In this document: one piece after another, positions 9,389 through 19,755 of the stretch
How the letters are laid out: every line of letters begins with the position of its first letter
Numbering within the stretch: position 1 is the first letter of the stretch
NCBI GenBank assembly: GCA_025352375.1
Contig: JANXTL010000028.1
Location: 1,125 to 65,124, forward strand
DNA: 64,000 nucleotides
Reading direction: 5' to 3'
Origin: Acetobacteraceae bacterium
Lineage (GTDB): Bacteria; Pseudomonadota; Alphaproteobacteria; Acetobacterales; Acetobacteraceae
The notes under the pieces: generated by a model
Databases searched by the model: none
Seen by the model: only the letters and a program-made list of their open reading frames with translations
What the model was told of the DNA's origin: nothing
Translations under genes and position numbers: made by a program

Positions 9389-10453
9389 ATGACCCAGACC
9401 CTCGACCGCGCCCAATCCTTCTGCGACCGCTTCGGCTTGCGCTTGCCGATCCTGCTCGCCCCCATGGCCGGGGTCCCAGCCCCGGCTTTGTCCGTCGCGA
9501 TCGCCAACGCTGGCGGCCTTGGGGCATGCGGCACGCTGTTGATGCAGCCGGACGCGATTGCCAAATGGGTGTCCGGCGTGCGCGGCCAGTCCAACGGTGC
9601 GTTTCAACTCAACCTTTGGATCCCCGACCCGCCGCCGGTGCGCGACGCTGCGCATGAGGCGGAGGTGCGGGCCTTCCTCGGCCAATTCGGCCCGGCAGTC
9701 CCGGCCGGCGCGGCCGACGCGATGCCTCTCGATTTCGGCGCCCAGTGCGAGGCGATGGTGAACGCTGCGCCACCGATTATTTCCTCGATCATGGGGCTTT
9801 ATCCGCCCGATTTCGTAGCCGCCATGAAAGCGAACGGGATCGCCTGGTTCGCCACCGTGACCACCGTGGCGGAGGCCCACGCCGCCGAAGCGGCTGGGGC
9901 CGATGTCGTGGTCGCCCAAGGTGCCGAGGCCGGCGGGCATCGCGGCCGCTTCGATCCGTCGAAAGCCGAGCGGGAAGCGGTGGGCCTGTTCGCTCTGCTG
10001 CCCGCGGTGGTGGACGCGGTCAGCATCCCCGTCGTCGCCACCGGCGGCATCGCCGACGCACGCGGAATCGCGGCGGCGCTGATGCTGGGGGCCTCGGCGG
10101 TGCAAATCGGCACCGGTTTCCTGCGCTGCCCGGAGGCTGGACTGAATCCCATCTGGTCCGCCGGCCTGGCCGCCACCCTGCCGGAGGGCACTATGCTGAC
10201 CCGCGCCTTCAGCGGGCGGGCGGGACGGAGCATCGCAACCGCCTACACACGCGCGGCGGCTGACGGACCAGCACCCGCGCCCTATCCTGTACAACGCGCT
10301 CTGACCCAGGCCATGCGTGACGCCGGGGCACAAGCAAACGAACTGGATCGCATGCAGGCTTGGGCCGGACAATCCGCCGCCCTCGCTCGGGCCGAGCCCG
10401 CGGGCGAATTGATCCAGGCGCTGTGGGACGAGGCTCGGCAATTGCTGGGATAG
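9389..10453 (+). CDS. Nitronate monooxygenase (NMO / 2-nitropropane dioxygenase family)
   Basis: LPILLAPMAGV near the N-terminus, VVAQGAEAGGH and VVATGGIADARG FMN-binding motifs. The start could be TTG 9377 or ATG 9389. Confidence 0.85.
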   Translation: MTQTLDRAQSFCDRFGLRLPILLAPMAGVPAPALSVAIANAGGLGACGTLLMQPDAIAKWVSGVRGQSNGAFQLNLWIPDPPPVRDAAHEAEVRAFLGQFGPAVPAGAADAMPLDFGAQCEAMVNAAPPIISSIMGLYPPDFVAAMKANGIAWFATVTTVAEAHAAEAAGADVVVAQGAEAGGHRGRFDPSKAEREAVGLFALLPAVVDAVSIPVVATGGIADARGIAAALMLGASAVQIGTGFLRCPEAGLNPIWSAGLAATLPEGTMLTRAFSGRAGRSIATAYTRAAADGPAPAPYPVQRALTQAMRDAGAQANELDRMQAWAGQSAALARAEPAGELIQALWDEARQLLG

Positions 10454-10577
10454 ACTGGGGTGAAAGACGTGTCGGGGCTCGACGTGATCGAGGCAGGCCG
10501 CTTTCAGTGTAATGGGGGTCCGAGGAATTAACCACCGCCCTTTGCCTGGAAGCATTGGCTCGGTGCGCCCAACACCA

Positions 10578-11210
10578 CTAAACCACGGCGCTGGAGATCG
10601 CCTGCGGATAGGGCACGGTGTCCCGCACCGACGGACGCTGCATCAACCCGTCCATATAGCGGCTGAGCGCCGGGTACTGCCGGCGCCAGCCGAATTCCTT
10701 AAAGCGAACCTCCAGATAACCAAGGGCCGATGCGGCGGCGATGTCGCCCAGGCCAAACCGGTCGCCAACGGCGTAGCGCCGGTCGCCGATCAAGCGGGCG
10801 ATCTCCGCCACGCCGCCGAAGACTTTGCGCAACTGGCGATCCATCCAGGGCAGGCTACGGTGCGCCTCGGGGCGAAGGCGTTCGAAGAACACCAGGACCA
10901 CCGCGTCGCAGATGCCGTTGGCCAGCACATCCAAACGCTTCGCCGCCAGGATGCCGTCGTCGTCCGCTGGCAGCAACGGCGGGTCGGGGTAGCGGCGCTC
11001 GAGAAATTCCAAGATATAACTGGACTCGTACACGGTGGAGCCGTCATCGAGAAGCAACACCGGCAGTTTCTCCAGCGGATTGTGCTGGGGGACGGTGGTG
11101 TTCTCGTTCCACGGAATTTCGGTCAGCAATTCGAACGGGATGCCTTTTTCCGCCAGGGCAATGCGCACTTTGCGGGCGTACGGGCTTGGGGTGGCACTGA
11201 TCAGCTTCAT
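10578..11210 (-). CDS. Glutathione S-transferase family protein
   Basis: The thioredoxin-like N-domain MKLISATPSPYARKVRIALAEKGIPFEL...LPVLLLDDGSTVYESSYILEFLE is typical of GSTs. Confidence 0.85.
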   Translation of the reverse strand: MKLISATPSPYARKVRIALAEKGIPFELLTEIPWNENTTVPQHNPLEKLPVLLLDDGSTVYESSYILEFLERRYPDPPLLPADDDGILAAKRLDVLANGICDAVVLVFFERLRPEAHRSLPWMDRQLRKVFGGVAEIARLIGDRRYAVGDRFGLGDIAAASALGYLEVRFKEFGWRRQYPALSRYMDGLMQRPSVRDTVPYPQAISSAVV

Positions 11211-11254
11211 GCCGCGACTTTACACGCTCCGAGCCCCGGATTACCACCGGAGAA

Positions 11255-12030
11255 TGCAGCCTCCGCTTGCCATCCCCCGCGTTGCGCTGATCACCGGCGG
11301 GGCCGTGCGGCTGGGCCGCGCCATTGGGCTGGCGCTGGCGGGCGCGGGGTTCGACATCGCGATCCATTGCAACGCCAGTACCGCGCCAGCCGAGGCGACA
11401 GCCGCCGAGATCCAGGCGCTCGGGCGCCGCGCCGTTATCCTCCAGGCGGATCTGGCGGTGGAAGCCGAAACCGCGGCGCTGGTCGGGCGGGCTCAGGCAG
11501 CGTTGGGGCCGGTCGGTGTGCTGGTAAACAACGCCAGCACGTTCGAGCGCGACGAGTGGGACGACACGTCTCGAGAATCCTGGGATTTCCACATGGAACC
11601 CAATCTGCGTGCGCCTTTCGTGCTGATGCAGCACTTTGCCAAAGCACTGCCGGACACCGCCGAGGGCGCGATCGTCAACATGATCGATCAGCGGGTGTGG
11701 TCGATTACGCCGCATTTCATGTCCTATACGGTGTCGAAGGCGGGGCTTTGGGCGCTGACGCAGAGTATGGCGCTGGCGTTGGCTCCGCGCATCCGGGTCA
11801 ATGGGATCGGCCCCGGACCGGCGCTGCCGAACAGCCGCCAGACGCAGGCGCAGTTCGACCGCCAGGCGGCCTCCATGCCTTTGGGACGCGGCACCACGCC
11901 GGAAGAAGTGGGCCAGGCCGCGTTAGCCATCCTGTCGCTGCCGGCGATGACCGGGCAGATGATCGCCCTCGACGGGGGCCAGCACATGCAGTGGGGGTCG
12001 GTACGCAACGCTCCCTCGCTGGAGGAATAG
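11255..12030 (+). CDS. SDR family oxidoreductase (pteridine/dihydromonapterin reductase-like, folB-linked)
   Basis: TGGAVRLG Rossmann motif, NNAS and a YxxxK (YTVSK) catalytic motif. It lies immediately upstream of folB, as in many alphaproteobacteria. Start chosen at the internal ATG 11255. Confidence 0.8.
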
Positions 12031-12033
12031 TCC

Positions 12034-12438
12034 GTGCCCTCGTCCATCGCCAACCGAACCGCCGGCATCCGCCATGTGTTCCTGCGCGACATGGTGCTGC
12101 CCGCGAGCATTGGCGTCTACGCGCATGAGCACAAGGCGATGCAGCGGGTGCGGATCAACGTCGATTTGGGTGTGGAAGACACGCAGGAAGCAATTGGGCG
12201 GGACGAACTACCCAGAGTGGTCGACTACGAAAAAATCGCCAACGCCGTTCGTGCCATCATAGCGTCCGGCCATGTACGGTTGGCGGAGACTCTGGCCGAA
12301 CGCATCGCGGAGGCCTGCCTTTCCGACAAGCGTGTGAGGCTGGCGCGAATCCGGGTGGAAAAGCTTGACATCTTCGCGGACGCGGCATCGGCCGGAGTCG
12401 AAATCGAGCGACACCAGCGGAATTTATCCACCAGCTGA
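12034..12438 (+). CDS. folB: Dihydroneopterin aldolase
   Basis: 134 aa with a GTG start. ...VFLRDMVLPASIGVYAHEHKAMQRVRINVDL... and ...VRLAETLAERIAE... match the FolB family pattern. Confidence 0.8.
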   Translation: MPSSIANRTAGIRHVFLRDMVLPASIGVYAHEHKAMQRVRINVDLGVEDTQEAIGRDELPRVVDYEKIANAVRAIIASGHVRLAETLAERIAEACLSDKRVRLARIRVEKLDIFADAASAGVEIERHQRNLSTS

Positions 12439-12612
12439 ACGAGCAGGCCAATGATTACCGTATCTTACGCTCTTGTGTTAATTTTCGGACATGAAATTTC
12501 CGTAAATAGTTTAAAATCAATGAGTTAAAGTTTGCCTATAAATGTGACAAAGGTTAAAAGAACCAGCAATAGCGCGGCTGACGGGCTGTTGCTCAGAACT
12601 TTCCCCACATAC

Positions 12613-12635
12613 TTATCCACAGGTTTGGTGGATAA
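12613..12635. promoter_or_regulatory. Palindromic pair of DnaA boxes (TTATCCACA ggttt GGTGGATAA)
   Basis: A consensus 9-mer lies at 12613-12621, and an 8/9 match on the opposite strand at 12627-12635. They sit at the edge of an AT-rich 180-bp spacer, 70 nt upstream of the uvrC start. Confidence 0.5.
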
Positions 12636-12705
12636 AATTCGTCCCGCGCGGCAGCATGCGAAAACCCCTTGAACGCGTTGCCTAATTACCCCGAACTGTA
12701 GACAC

Positions 12706-14601
12706 ATGAGCGAAACAGGATCCGAAACCGCCCCAGCCCCGGTCAAGGGCGTCACCGTCATCGAGACCGCGCTCGAGACCATGCCCGGCAACCCCGGCGT
12801 GTATCGCATGCTCGATGCCAAGGGGGATGCGCTTTACGTGGGCAAGGCCCGCAGCCTGAAAAAGCGCGTGGTATCGTACACCCAACTCCCGCGGCTGTCG
12901 GAACGCCTGCGCCGCATGGTGTCCGAAACGGTGTCGATGGAGATCATCACCACCCATACCGAGGCCGAGGCACTGCTGCTGGAGGCCAATCTTATCAAGC
13001 GGCTGAAGCCGCGCTTCAACATCGTGCTGCGAGACGACAAATCCTATCCGTGGCTGATGATGACGGAGGACCACCCTTACCCCCAGATTGCCAAGCATCG
13101 CGGTGCTCGGACACGCAAGGGTAGCTTCTGGGGGCCCTTCGCGTCGGCGTGGGCGGTTAACCAAACGGTAACGGCCATGCAGCGGGTGTTTTTGCTGCGC
13201 TCCTGTGCGGATACGGTTTTTTCCGCGCGGTCGCGCCCGTGTCTGCTGCACCAAATCAAGCGATGCTCAGCGCCCTGTGTGGGGCGTATCTCCGTCGCTG
13301 ACTACGCGGTGTTGGTGGGGCAGGCCAAAGCGTTCCTGCAGGGCAAATCCGGCGCCGTGCAGCAGGAGCTGGCGGCGGAAATGGAACGCGCCGCCGAGAC
13401 CCTGGAATTCGAGCACGCCGCCGCCGTGCGCGACCGCATCCGCGCGCTGACCTTCGTGCAGGGCAACGACGTCATCAACCCGGCCAGCCTGGAAGACGCC
13501 GACGTCATCGCAGCCTGGCAGAGCGCCGGCCAAACCTGCGTCCAGGTCTTTTTCGTGCGCGGCGGCCGCAACAACGGCAACCGCGCGTTTTTCCCCACCC
13601 ATGCTCGGGTGGATGAAATACCGGAGGTGCTGGGGGCGTTCATCGCGCAGTTTTACGACGACAAACCCCCTCCCCCCCTGTTGCTGTTGAGCCATGCGAT
13701 CCCCGAGCAGGATTTGGTGGTGGAGGCGCTGTCGCTGAAAGCCAGCCGCCGGGTGGAAATCGCGGTCCCCCAACGCGGCGAAAAACATGCCGTCGTCGAG
13801 CATGCGCACACCAATGCTCGGGAGGCGCTGGAGAGAAAGCTGGCGGAGAGCGCCGGGCAGGCGAAGCTGCTGGAGGGGGTAGCGGCGCTTTTTAAGTTGG
13901 AGGCGCCGCCTCAGCGGATCGAGATTTACGATAACTCCCACATCATGGGGACGAACCCATACGGCGTGATGGTGGTGGCGGGACCGGAGGGGTTCGTTAA
14001 GGCGGGGTATCGGAAGTTCGGTATTCGCGGCCCCATCGCACCCGGCGACGACTTCGCAATGATGAAGGAAGTGCTGACGCGCCGGTTCACGCGGGGTTTG
14101 AAGGAACGCGCGGAGGGCGCCCCGGCCGAGGATTGGCCCGACATTGTCTTGATCGACGGCGGTGCTGGGCAGTTGTCCGCGACCCGTTCCGTACTGGTCG
14201 AACTGGGGGTCGACGACGTGAAGCTGATCGCCATCGCCAAGGGCGTGGACCGCGATGCCGGACGGGAATGGTTTCATACCGATGGGATGGACTCCTTTCA
14301 ATTACCGCCTCGGGATCCTGTGTTGTATTTCTTGCAACGACTGCGCGATGAGGCACATCGTTTTGCTATCACGACGCACCGCGCGGGACGGTCGAAGGCG
14401 ATCCGGGTCAGCGAACTGGACGAAATCGCGGGGATCGGGTCGGCGCGCAAACGGGCGCTGTTGAACCATTTCGGGTCCTCGCGCGGGGTGAAGATGGCGG
14501 GGCTGGGCGATTTGGAGTCGGCGCCGGGGATCAGCCGGGAAACGGCGCGGCGGGTGTACGCGCATTTCCATCCGGGGGTGCGGATGGAGGAAGGGGCGTA
14601 G
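12706..14601 (+). CDS. uvrC: Excinuclease ABC subunit C
   Basis: 631 aa with a GIY-YIG N-domain ([19 protein letters not shown]), a UVR domain, an endonuclease V-like domain and a C-terminal (HhH)2. Confidence 0.98.
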   Translation: MSETGSETAPAPVKGVTVIETALETMPGNPGVYRMLDAKGDALYVGKARSLKKRVVSYTQLPRLSERLRRMVSETVSMEIITTHTEAEALLLEANLIKRLKPRFNIVLRDDKSYPWLMMTEDHPYPQIAKHRGARTRKGSFWGPFASAWAVNQTVTAMQRVFLLRSCADTVFSARSRPCLLHQIKRCSAPCVGRISVADYAVLVGQAKAFLQGKSGAVQQELAAEMERAAETLEFEHAAAVRDRIRALTFVQGNDVINPASLEDADVIAAWQSAGQTCVQVFFVRGGRNNGNRAFFPTHARVDEIPEVLGAFIAQFYDDKPPPPLLLLSHAIPEQDLVVEALSLKASRRVEIAVPQRGEKHAVVEHAHTNAREALERKLAESAGQAKLLEGVAALFKLEAPPQRIEIYDNSHIMGTNPYGVMVVAGPEGFVKAGYRKFGIRGPIAPGDDFAMMKEVLTRRFTRGLKERAEGAPAEDWPDIVLIDGGAGQLSATRSVLVELGVDDVKLIAIAKGVDRDAGREWFHTDGMDSFQLPPRDPVLYFLQRLRDEAHRFAITTHRAGRSKAIRVSELDEIAGIGSARKRALLNHFGSSRGVKMAGLGDLESAPGISRETARRVYAHFHPGVRMEEGA

Positions 14602-14659
14602 AATGGACTGGCACCGTGGGAAAATGACGCGGGCGACACAGATCGATGCTGGAACCCGC

Positions 14660-15358
14660 CTAAACCTCCAACCACTCCCTCCTGATATCCCCATTCGCCG
14701 ACAAATCCTCCGGCGTTCCCTCAAAGACGATCTTCCCGTGCCCCATGACATACAACCGATGAGAAATCTTCAAGGCGATCGTCAACTTCTGCTCCACCAG
14801 CAGAATCGCCACCCCGCGAGACGCGATCTCCGCCAGCAAAACCCCCACCTGCTCCACCAACAAGGGCGCCAATCCCTCGGTCGGCTCATCGATCAGCACC
14901 AGGTCCGGATCGCCCATCAGCGTGCGGCACATGGTCAGCATTTGCTGCTCGCCGCCGGAAAGAACGCCCGCCGGATTGTTCTGACGGGCCGCCAGATTCG
15001 GAAACAGGCGGAACACATCGTCGAATGTCCATCGCCCGAACTTGCCGGCGCGCTTCAGCCCCAGTTCCAGGTTCTGCCGCACCGTTAGTGTCGGAAACAC
15101 TTGCCGATCTTCCGGCACGTACCCGATTCCCGCACGCGCCACCAGATCGCTGCGCAGCCCCGCTATATCCTTGCCACGGTAACGGACAGAACCCAGCGGC
15201 GGCACCAACCCCATGATCGCCTTGCACAATGTGGAACGCCCGACGCCGTTGCGCCCAAGCAGCGAAACAATCTCCCCCTCGTCCACGGTCAGATCCACAC
15301 CATGCAGAATATGGCTCTGCCCATAAAACGCATGGAGGTCGCGCACTTCGAGGATCAT
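14660..15358 (-). CDS. livF: Branched-chain amino acid ABC transporter ATP-binding protein (LivF type)
   Basis: Walker A GRNGVGRST, LSGGEQQML, and Walker B LVLIDEPT. Confidence 0.9.
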   Translation of the reverse strand: MILEVRDLHAFYGQSHILHGVDLTVDEGEIVSLLGRNGVGRSTLCKAIMGLVPPLGSVRYRGKDIAGLRSDLVARAGIGYVPEDRQVFPTLTVRQNLELGLKRAGKFGRWTFDDVFRLFPNLAARQNNPAGVLSGGEQQMLTMCRTLMGDPDLVLIDEPTEGLAPLLVEQVGVLLAEIASRGVAILLVEQKLTIALKISHRLYVMGHGKIVFEGTPEDLSANGDIRREWLEV

Positions 15359-16101
15359 TCTTCGAGCGCTCCCAAATATGCTTCACGCACCGCCTTGCTG
15401 GCGCGCACTTCTTCCGGCGGGCCGGAGGCGATGACCTGCCCGTACACCAGAACCGTAATGGTATCCGCGAGGTCGAACACCACCTTCATGTCGTGCTCCA
15501 CCATCAGTAATGTCTTGCCTTGAGTGACGCGCCGGATCAGCGCCATGGCGTAATCCGTTTCGCTGTGGCTCATGCCGGCGGTCGGTTCGTCCAGCAGGAT
15601 TACCGATGCCCCCCCGGCGATCGTCATCCCGACTTCCAGCGCCCGCTGCTCGGCGTAAGACAACAAACCGGCGAGAATGTCGCGCCGGCTGGTCAGATTG
15701 AGATCTTCCAGCAGGAATTCCGCCCGCTCATTCAGCGCTTTTTGCCGCCACAGCGGCGACCAAAACGAATAGCTGTAACCCTGGCTCCACAGCAGCGCAC
15801 AGCGCAGATTCTCGAACACCGACAAACGGTGAAAGATCGAGGTGATCTGAAAGCTGCGCGACAATCCCATGCGGTTGATCTTGTGCGGCGGCAACGCATC
15901 GATGCGCCTATCGTTCAACGCGATTTCGCCCGAGGTTATCGGGAACCGGCCGCTGATCAAGTTGAACAAGGTGGTTTTACCCGCGCCGTTCGGGCCAATC
16001 AGCGCGTGCCGCTCCCCCGACTGGATTTCCAGATTGACGCCGCGGATAATTTCCGTCGGGCCGAAACTTTTGCGCACATCGCGCAGGCTGACGGCGGTCA
16101 T
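15355..16101 (-). CDS. livG: Branched-chain amino acid ABC transporter ATP-binding protein (LivG type)
   Basis: GPNGAGKTT, LSYAEQRALE and ILLDEPTAG are present. The start at MTAVSLRDV gives an ATGA overlap with livM. Confidence 0.9.
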   Translation of the reverse strand: MTAVSLRDVRKSFGPTEIIRGVNLEIQSGERHALIGPNGAGKTTLFNLISGRFPITSGEIALNDRRIDALPPHKINRMGLSRSFQITSIFHRLSVFENLRCALLWSQGYSYSFWSPLWRQKALNERAEFLLEDLNLTSRRDILAGLLSYAEQRALEVGMTIAGGASVILLDEPTAGMSHSETDYAMALIRRVTQGKTLLMVEHDMKVVFDLADTITVLVYGQVIASGPPEEVRASKAVREAYLGALEE

Positions 16102-17414
16102 CGTAGAAGTTCCCGGGCCTTCACATCGGCCGTCACTTGTTCCCACACCCGGTTGAAGGCTTTCGATTCGATTCGCAGCCAGCCGGCGCCGCCCAGCACG
16201 CACACGGCGACGATCGCCCAGGGCTGAAAGGCGTTGACATCGATCGGCGCGCCAAACAGTGACAGTTTCTTGCCCTGTGCCGCGCCAATGGTCAGAAACG
16301 ACAGCAGCTCCACCAGCCCGATAAAGCCCAGCAGCAATGCCACGCCGGGAACCAACAGCCGCAAATACGGCACTGTCAATCGCCCCAATTGCCCAGCCTT
16401 GTGGATCGGTCCGTGCGCCATCACGATGCCGGCGAGGCCAGTGGGCACGAACGTCACCATAGTAATGAACAGCACGCCGACATAGACCAACCAGGAGTTG
16501 GACAGCAGGCTGACGCCGCTTTGCAGCACGGTGATCAGCACCGCGCCCAGAATGGGGCCGGCGAATACCGTTGTTCCGCCGATATAGGCCATCAGCAGCG
16601 CGTTGGCCGACAACGGACCGGCCATCGCATCGAACGTCACGATCTCATACGTGATGGCATACAGCCCGCCGCCGATGCCAGCGAACAGGCCGGACAGGGC
16701 GAACTGCACGAAGCGAACTATTTTCGGATCATAGCCGACGAACTGGGCGCGCTCAAAATTGTCGCGGCAGGCGTTGGCCATGCGCCCGAGCGGGGTTTGG
16801 GTCAGGAAATACATGCCGACGACCGAAATGACTGTCCAGCCGATAATCAGATAATAAACCTGAATACCTTGCGCGTAGGTCAGGCCAAACAGGCTGCGGT
16901 CGATCATGCGGTCGGTGGTGATACCGCCCTCGCCGCCGAAGAAATGGTGGAACATCACCGATGCGGTGGCCAGCAACTCCCCGATTCCCATGGTGATCAT
17001 GGCGAAGGCGGTGGCGCGCTGCTTGGTCGCCATGTAGCCGAAGACGATCGCCATTCCCAGGCCGGCGAGGCCGCCGAACAGCGGCACGACCTCCATCGGA
17101 ATGCCGATGTCGCCGGCACCGATACTGCTCAGCAGATGGATGACCGTGTAGCCGCCCATGCCGAAGAACACCGCGTGGCAGAACGACAGCAAGCCTGCCT
17201 GCCCCATCAGCATATTGTACGACAGCGCGAAGATCACCATCATACCGGCTTGGCTCAGCATCGAGATCATGAAGCCGGAATGGCGCCCGGTGGTCCAGTC
17301 GTAGAACATCCAGGGCAGCACGAGGGCGAGCAGCAGCAGCGCCCCCCACCACAGCCATGCCCTGCCCATCGGTTTCGCACCGATCGCAACCGTCGCGGGT
17401 GTCGCTTCGCTCAT
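16098..17414 (-). CDS. livM: Branched-chain amino acid ABC transporter permease (LivM type)
   Basis: 438-aa polytopic membrane protein positioned between livH and livG. Confidence 0.85.
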   Translation of the reverse strand: MSEATPATVAIGAKPMGRAWLWWGALLLLALVLPWMFYDWTTGRHSGFMISMLSQAGMMVIFALSYNMLMGQAGLLSFCHAVFFGMGGYTVIHLLSSIGAGDIGIPMEVVPLFGGLAGLGMAIVFGYMATKQRATAFAMITMGIGELLATASVMFHHFFGGEGGITTDRMIDRSLFGLTYAQGIQVYYLIIGWTVISVVGMYFLTQTPLGRMANACRDNFERAQFVGYDPKIVRFVQFALSGLFAGIGGGLYAITYEIVTFDAMAGPLSANALLMAYIGGTTVFAGPILGAVLITVLQSGVSLLSNSWLVYVGVLFITMVTFVPTGLAGIVMAHGPIHKAGQLGRLTVPYLRLLVPGVALLLGFIGLVELLSFLTIGAAQGKKLSLFGAPIDVNAFQPWAIVAVCVLGGAGWLRIESKAFNRVWEQVTADVKARELLR

Positions 17415-18358
17415 GTATCGCGGGTCCCCAACAGGCCGCGTGGCCGGAACAACAGCATTAGGATCATCATCGCGTAGGGGAGCAGCGGCCCGATGCGCGC
17501 CATCGGCACAGTGAGAATTTCGCCCAGCAAATTATCCCCTCCCACGCTGACACCGAGCGGCACGAGCAGATCTCCCAACGTGTAGTCGAACACCACCGCG
17601 AAGGTCTGGATCATTCCCATAATGATCGAGGCAACGAAGCAACCGCCCAACGAACCTAGCCCGCCGAACACCACGACGACGAACACGATCGGTCCCATGG
17701 CGTCGGCCATGCTGGACTCGGTCGTCAGATAATTTCCACCGATCACCCCTGCCAGCCCGGCTAACAGACAGCCGCCGGCGAACACGGTCGTGAACACCAC
17801 CGGCACGTTATGGCCGAGCGCGGAGACCATGTTGGGGTGGGTGAGGGCGGCCTGGATAATGAGGCCGATACGGGTTTTCTTCAGCAACAAATAAATCGCC
17901 AGCAGCATCCCGGCGGACACCAACAGCATGAAACCGCGATAGGCCGGAAAATTGGCGCCGTACATCGTGAACAATGCGAAATCCAGCGCCGGTGGCACCC
18001 GGTAGGGCATCGGCAACATGCCCCAGATCATCTGCAAGCCTCGTTGGATGATAAACACCAGCCCGAAGGTGAACAGCAGCTCCGCGATATGCCCATTATG
18101 ATGGACCCGCCGCAGCCCCCAAATTTCGATCGCGGCACCGATCGCGCCGCATAGGATGGGAGCGAGAATCAGCGCCGGAACGAAACCGGCCCAGCGGCTG
18201 ATCTCGTAGGCGAAATAGGCCCCCAGCATGTAGATGCTGGCGTGCGCGAAATTCAGCACGCCCATCATGCTGAAGATCAGCGTTAGGCCGCTGGCCAGCA
18301 TGAACAGCAGCATGCCATAGACCAGCCCGTTCAGCAGCGATCCGACGACGATTTCCAT
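17411..18358 (-). CDS. livH: Branched-chain amino acid ABC transporter permease (LivH type)
   Basis: 315-aa polytopic membrane protein. The N-terminus MEIVVGSLLNGLVYGMLLFMLASGLTLIFSMMGVLNFAHA is the typical LivH start. Confidence 0.88.
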   Translation of the reverse strand: MEIVVGSLLNGLVYGMLLFMLASGLTLIFSMMGVLNFAHASIYMLGAYFAYEISRWAGFVPALILAPILCGAIGAAIEIWGLRRVHHNGHIAELLFTFGLVFIIQRGLQMIWGMLPMPYRVPPALDFALFTMYGANFPAYRGFMLLVSAGMLLAIYLLLKKTRIGLIIQAALTHPNMVSALGHNVPVVFTTVFAGGCLLAGLAGVIGGNYLTTESSMADAMGPIVFVVVVFGGLGSLGGCFVASIIMGMIQTFAVVFDYTLGDLLVPLGVSVGGDNLLGEILTVPMARIGPLLPYAMMILMLLFRPRGLLGTRDT

Positions 18359-18365
18359 CGGTCGG

Positions 18366-19604
18366 CTACGACGCTGGCCGCTTCATTTTGCAGGTCGTGG
18401 GCTGCGCGAGCTGCGCGGCCTCCACCACCGTTTCGGTCTTCCAGCCAAAGCCGGTCTTTTCCGAATCATGTTTCACCCCCCTGACGAATTGCGCGGCGTA
18501 AAGGGGTTCCAGCATCTGGTGGTCTTCTTTGCGCATGATGTACTCATGCCCGAGTGGGTCGGTCGTCTTGCTGTCTTCCAGGGCCAGAGCGACCTTGTAC
18601 GGATCGGTCGAACCGGCTTTGTCGATCGCCGCGGCCAGCATCTTCAGCAGCACGTAGTTATTCATTTGGAACAGATCGAAGTCGTGGTCCTTCCGCCAGG
18701 AGGTCACGAACTCCTCCCCCGCCGCGGAGTTTTGTTCGCTAGGCACGTTCGGATGGAATTCAGTGACCGTGTGCAGCCGATTTTCGCCCATCGCCCCGAC
18801 CGATGTCGCCCCTCCCACCACGTGCGACAGATACGTATAGTATTGCAGGTTAGCGCCGGCATCGGCCGCGGCCTTCATCATCAGATTCAGATCGGGTCCC
18901 CAGTTGCCGGTGATCAGAGCTTCCGCACCGGCGCTTTGCACTTTGGTGACGTACGGGGAGAAATCCTTCACCTTGCCAAGAGGAATCAGCTCCTCCCCGA
19001 CAATTTTGATATCCGGGCGCAGCTTGGCCAAATATTCCTTGGTTTCCCGTTGCAGGGTCTGCCCGAACAGATAGTCCTGGTTGATCAGATAGACCGATTT
19101 CAGGGTTTTCGGCAGGCCGCGCACCAGGGTTTCCGCCCGCATACCGGTATTGGCGTCGAAGCGGAAATGCCAGAAGTCGCATTTGTCGTTGGTCAGATCG
19201 GACGCCAGCGCGCCGCAGTTCAGATACAGCACTCGATGGTCGGGGTTGCGGGCGTTGTGCTTCGCCACCCCATCGATCAGCGCCGCCGCGACGTTGGAAC
19301 CGGCACAATGCATGATAAAGCTGATATTGCGGTCGGTGATGTCCTTGAGCGCGATCAGCGCCTCGGCCGGTTGCAGCTTGCTGTCGTAGGGCACGATCTC
19401 GAATTTTCTGCCCAAGGCGCCGCCGGCGGCGTTCACCCGATCGATCAGAAAGGCAAAATGCTTGAGGCTGGCATCCCCTTGCTGCGCAAACGTGCCGGAC
19501 AGCGGATCGACGTAGCCGATCTTGATGGTATCTTCGGCAGCCACGGGCAGAGCAAAGCAAGACAGCATCGTGGCGACGGCAAGCAAGTGCTTGATGATCG
19601 GCAT
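18366..19604 (-). CDS. ABC transporter substrate-binding protein (Leu/Ile/Val-binding protein family)
   Basis: Signal peptide, then KIGYVDPLSGTFAQQG, typical of type I periplasmic binding proteins. It heads the liv operon. Confidence 0.85.
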   Translation of the reverse strand: MPIIKHLLAVATMLSCFALPVAAEDTIKIGYVDPLSGTFAQQGDASLKHFAFLIDRVNAAGGALGRKFEIVPYDSKLQPAEALIALKDITDRNISFIMHCAGSNVAAALIDGVAKHNARNPDHRVLYLNCGALASDLTNDKCDFWHFRFDANTGMRAETLVRGLPKTLKSVYLINQDYLFGQTLQRETKEYLAKLRPDIKIVGEELIPLGKVKDFSPYVTKVQSAGAEALITGNWGPDLNLMMKAAADAGANLQYYTYLSHVVGGATSVGAMGENRLHTVTEFHPNVPSEQNSAAGEEFVTSWRKDHDFDLFQMNNYVLLKMLAAAIDKAGSTDPYKVALALEDSKTTDPLGHEYIMRKEDHQMLEPLYAAQFVRGVKHDSEKTGFGWKTETVVEAAQLAQPTTCKMKRPAS

Positions 19605-19755
19605 CGTGGTCCCTCCCAGCGGGATTGTGTTGTTATGCCGACACTAAGCAGCCGGCTAAGCCGGTGTCAACGCCCGCTACTCCCCCGTAGCCAGCGCGGG
19701 GAATGTGCGCTAAAATGCCCGCAACCGGGACACGCCTGGGACCGAAGGAACCGCT

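Noticed and set aside
10512-12128. 538-aa + strand ORF spanning the GST gene (antisense) and the SDR gene (alternative frame)
   Set aside because: This is an artefactual long ORF. The GST (- strand) and the SDR (+ strand, different frame, from 11255) both have canonical motifs.
12440-12705. Chromosomal replication origin (oriC)
   Set aside because: Only two DnaA boxes are visible. The neighbourhood lacks the usual alphaproteobacterial origin markers (hemE, parAB, dnaA). It is kept as a DnaA-binding regulatory or DARS-like candidate, not called as oriC.
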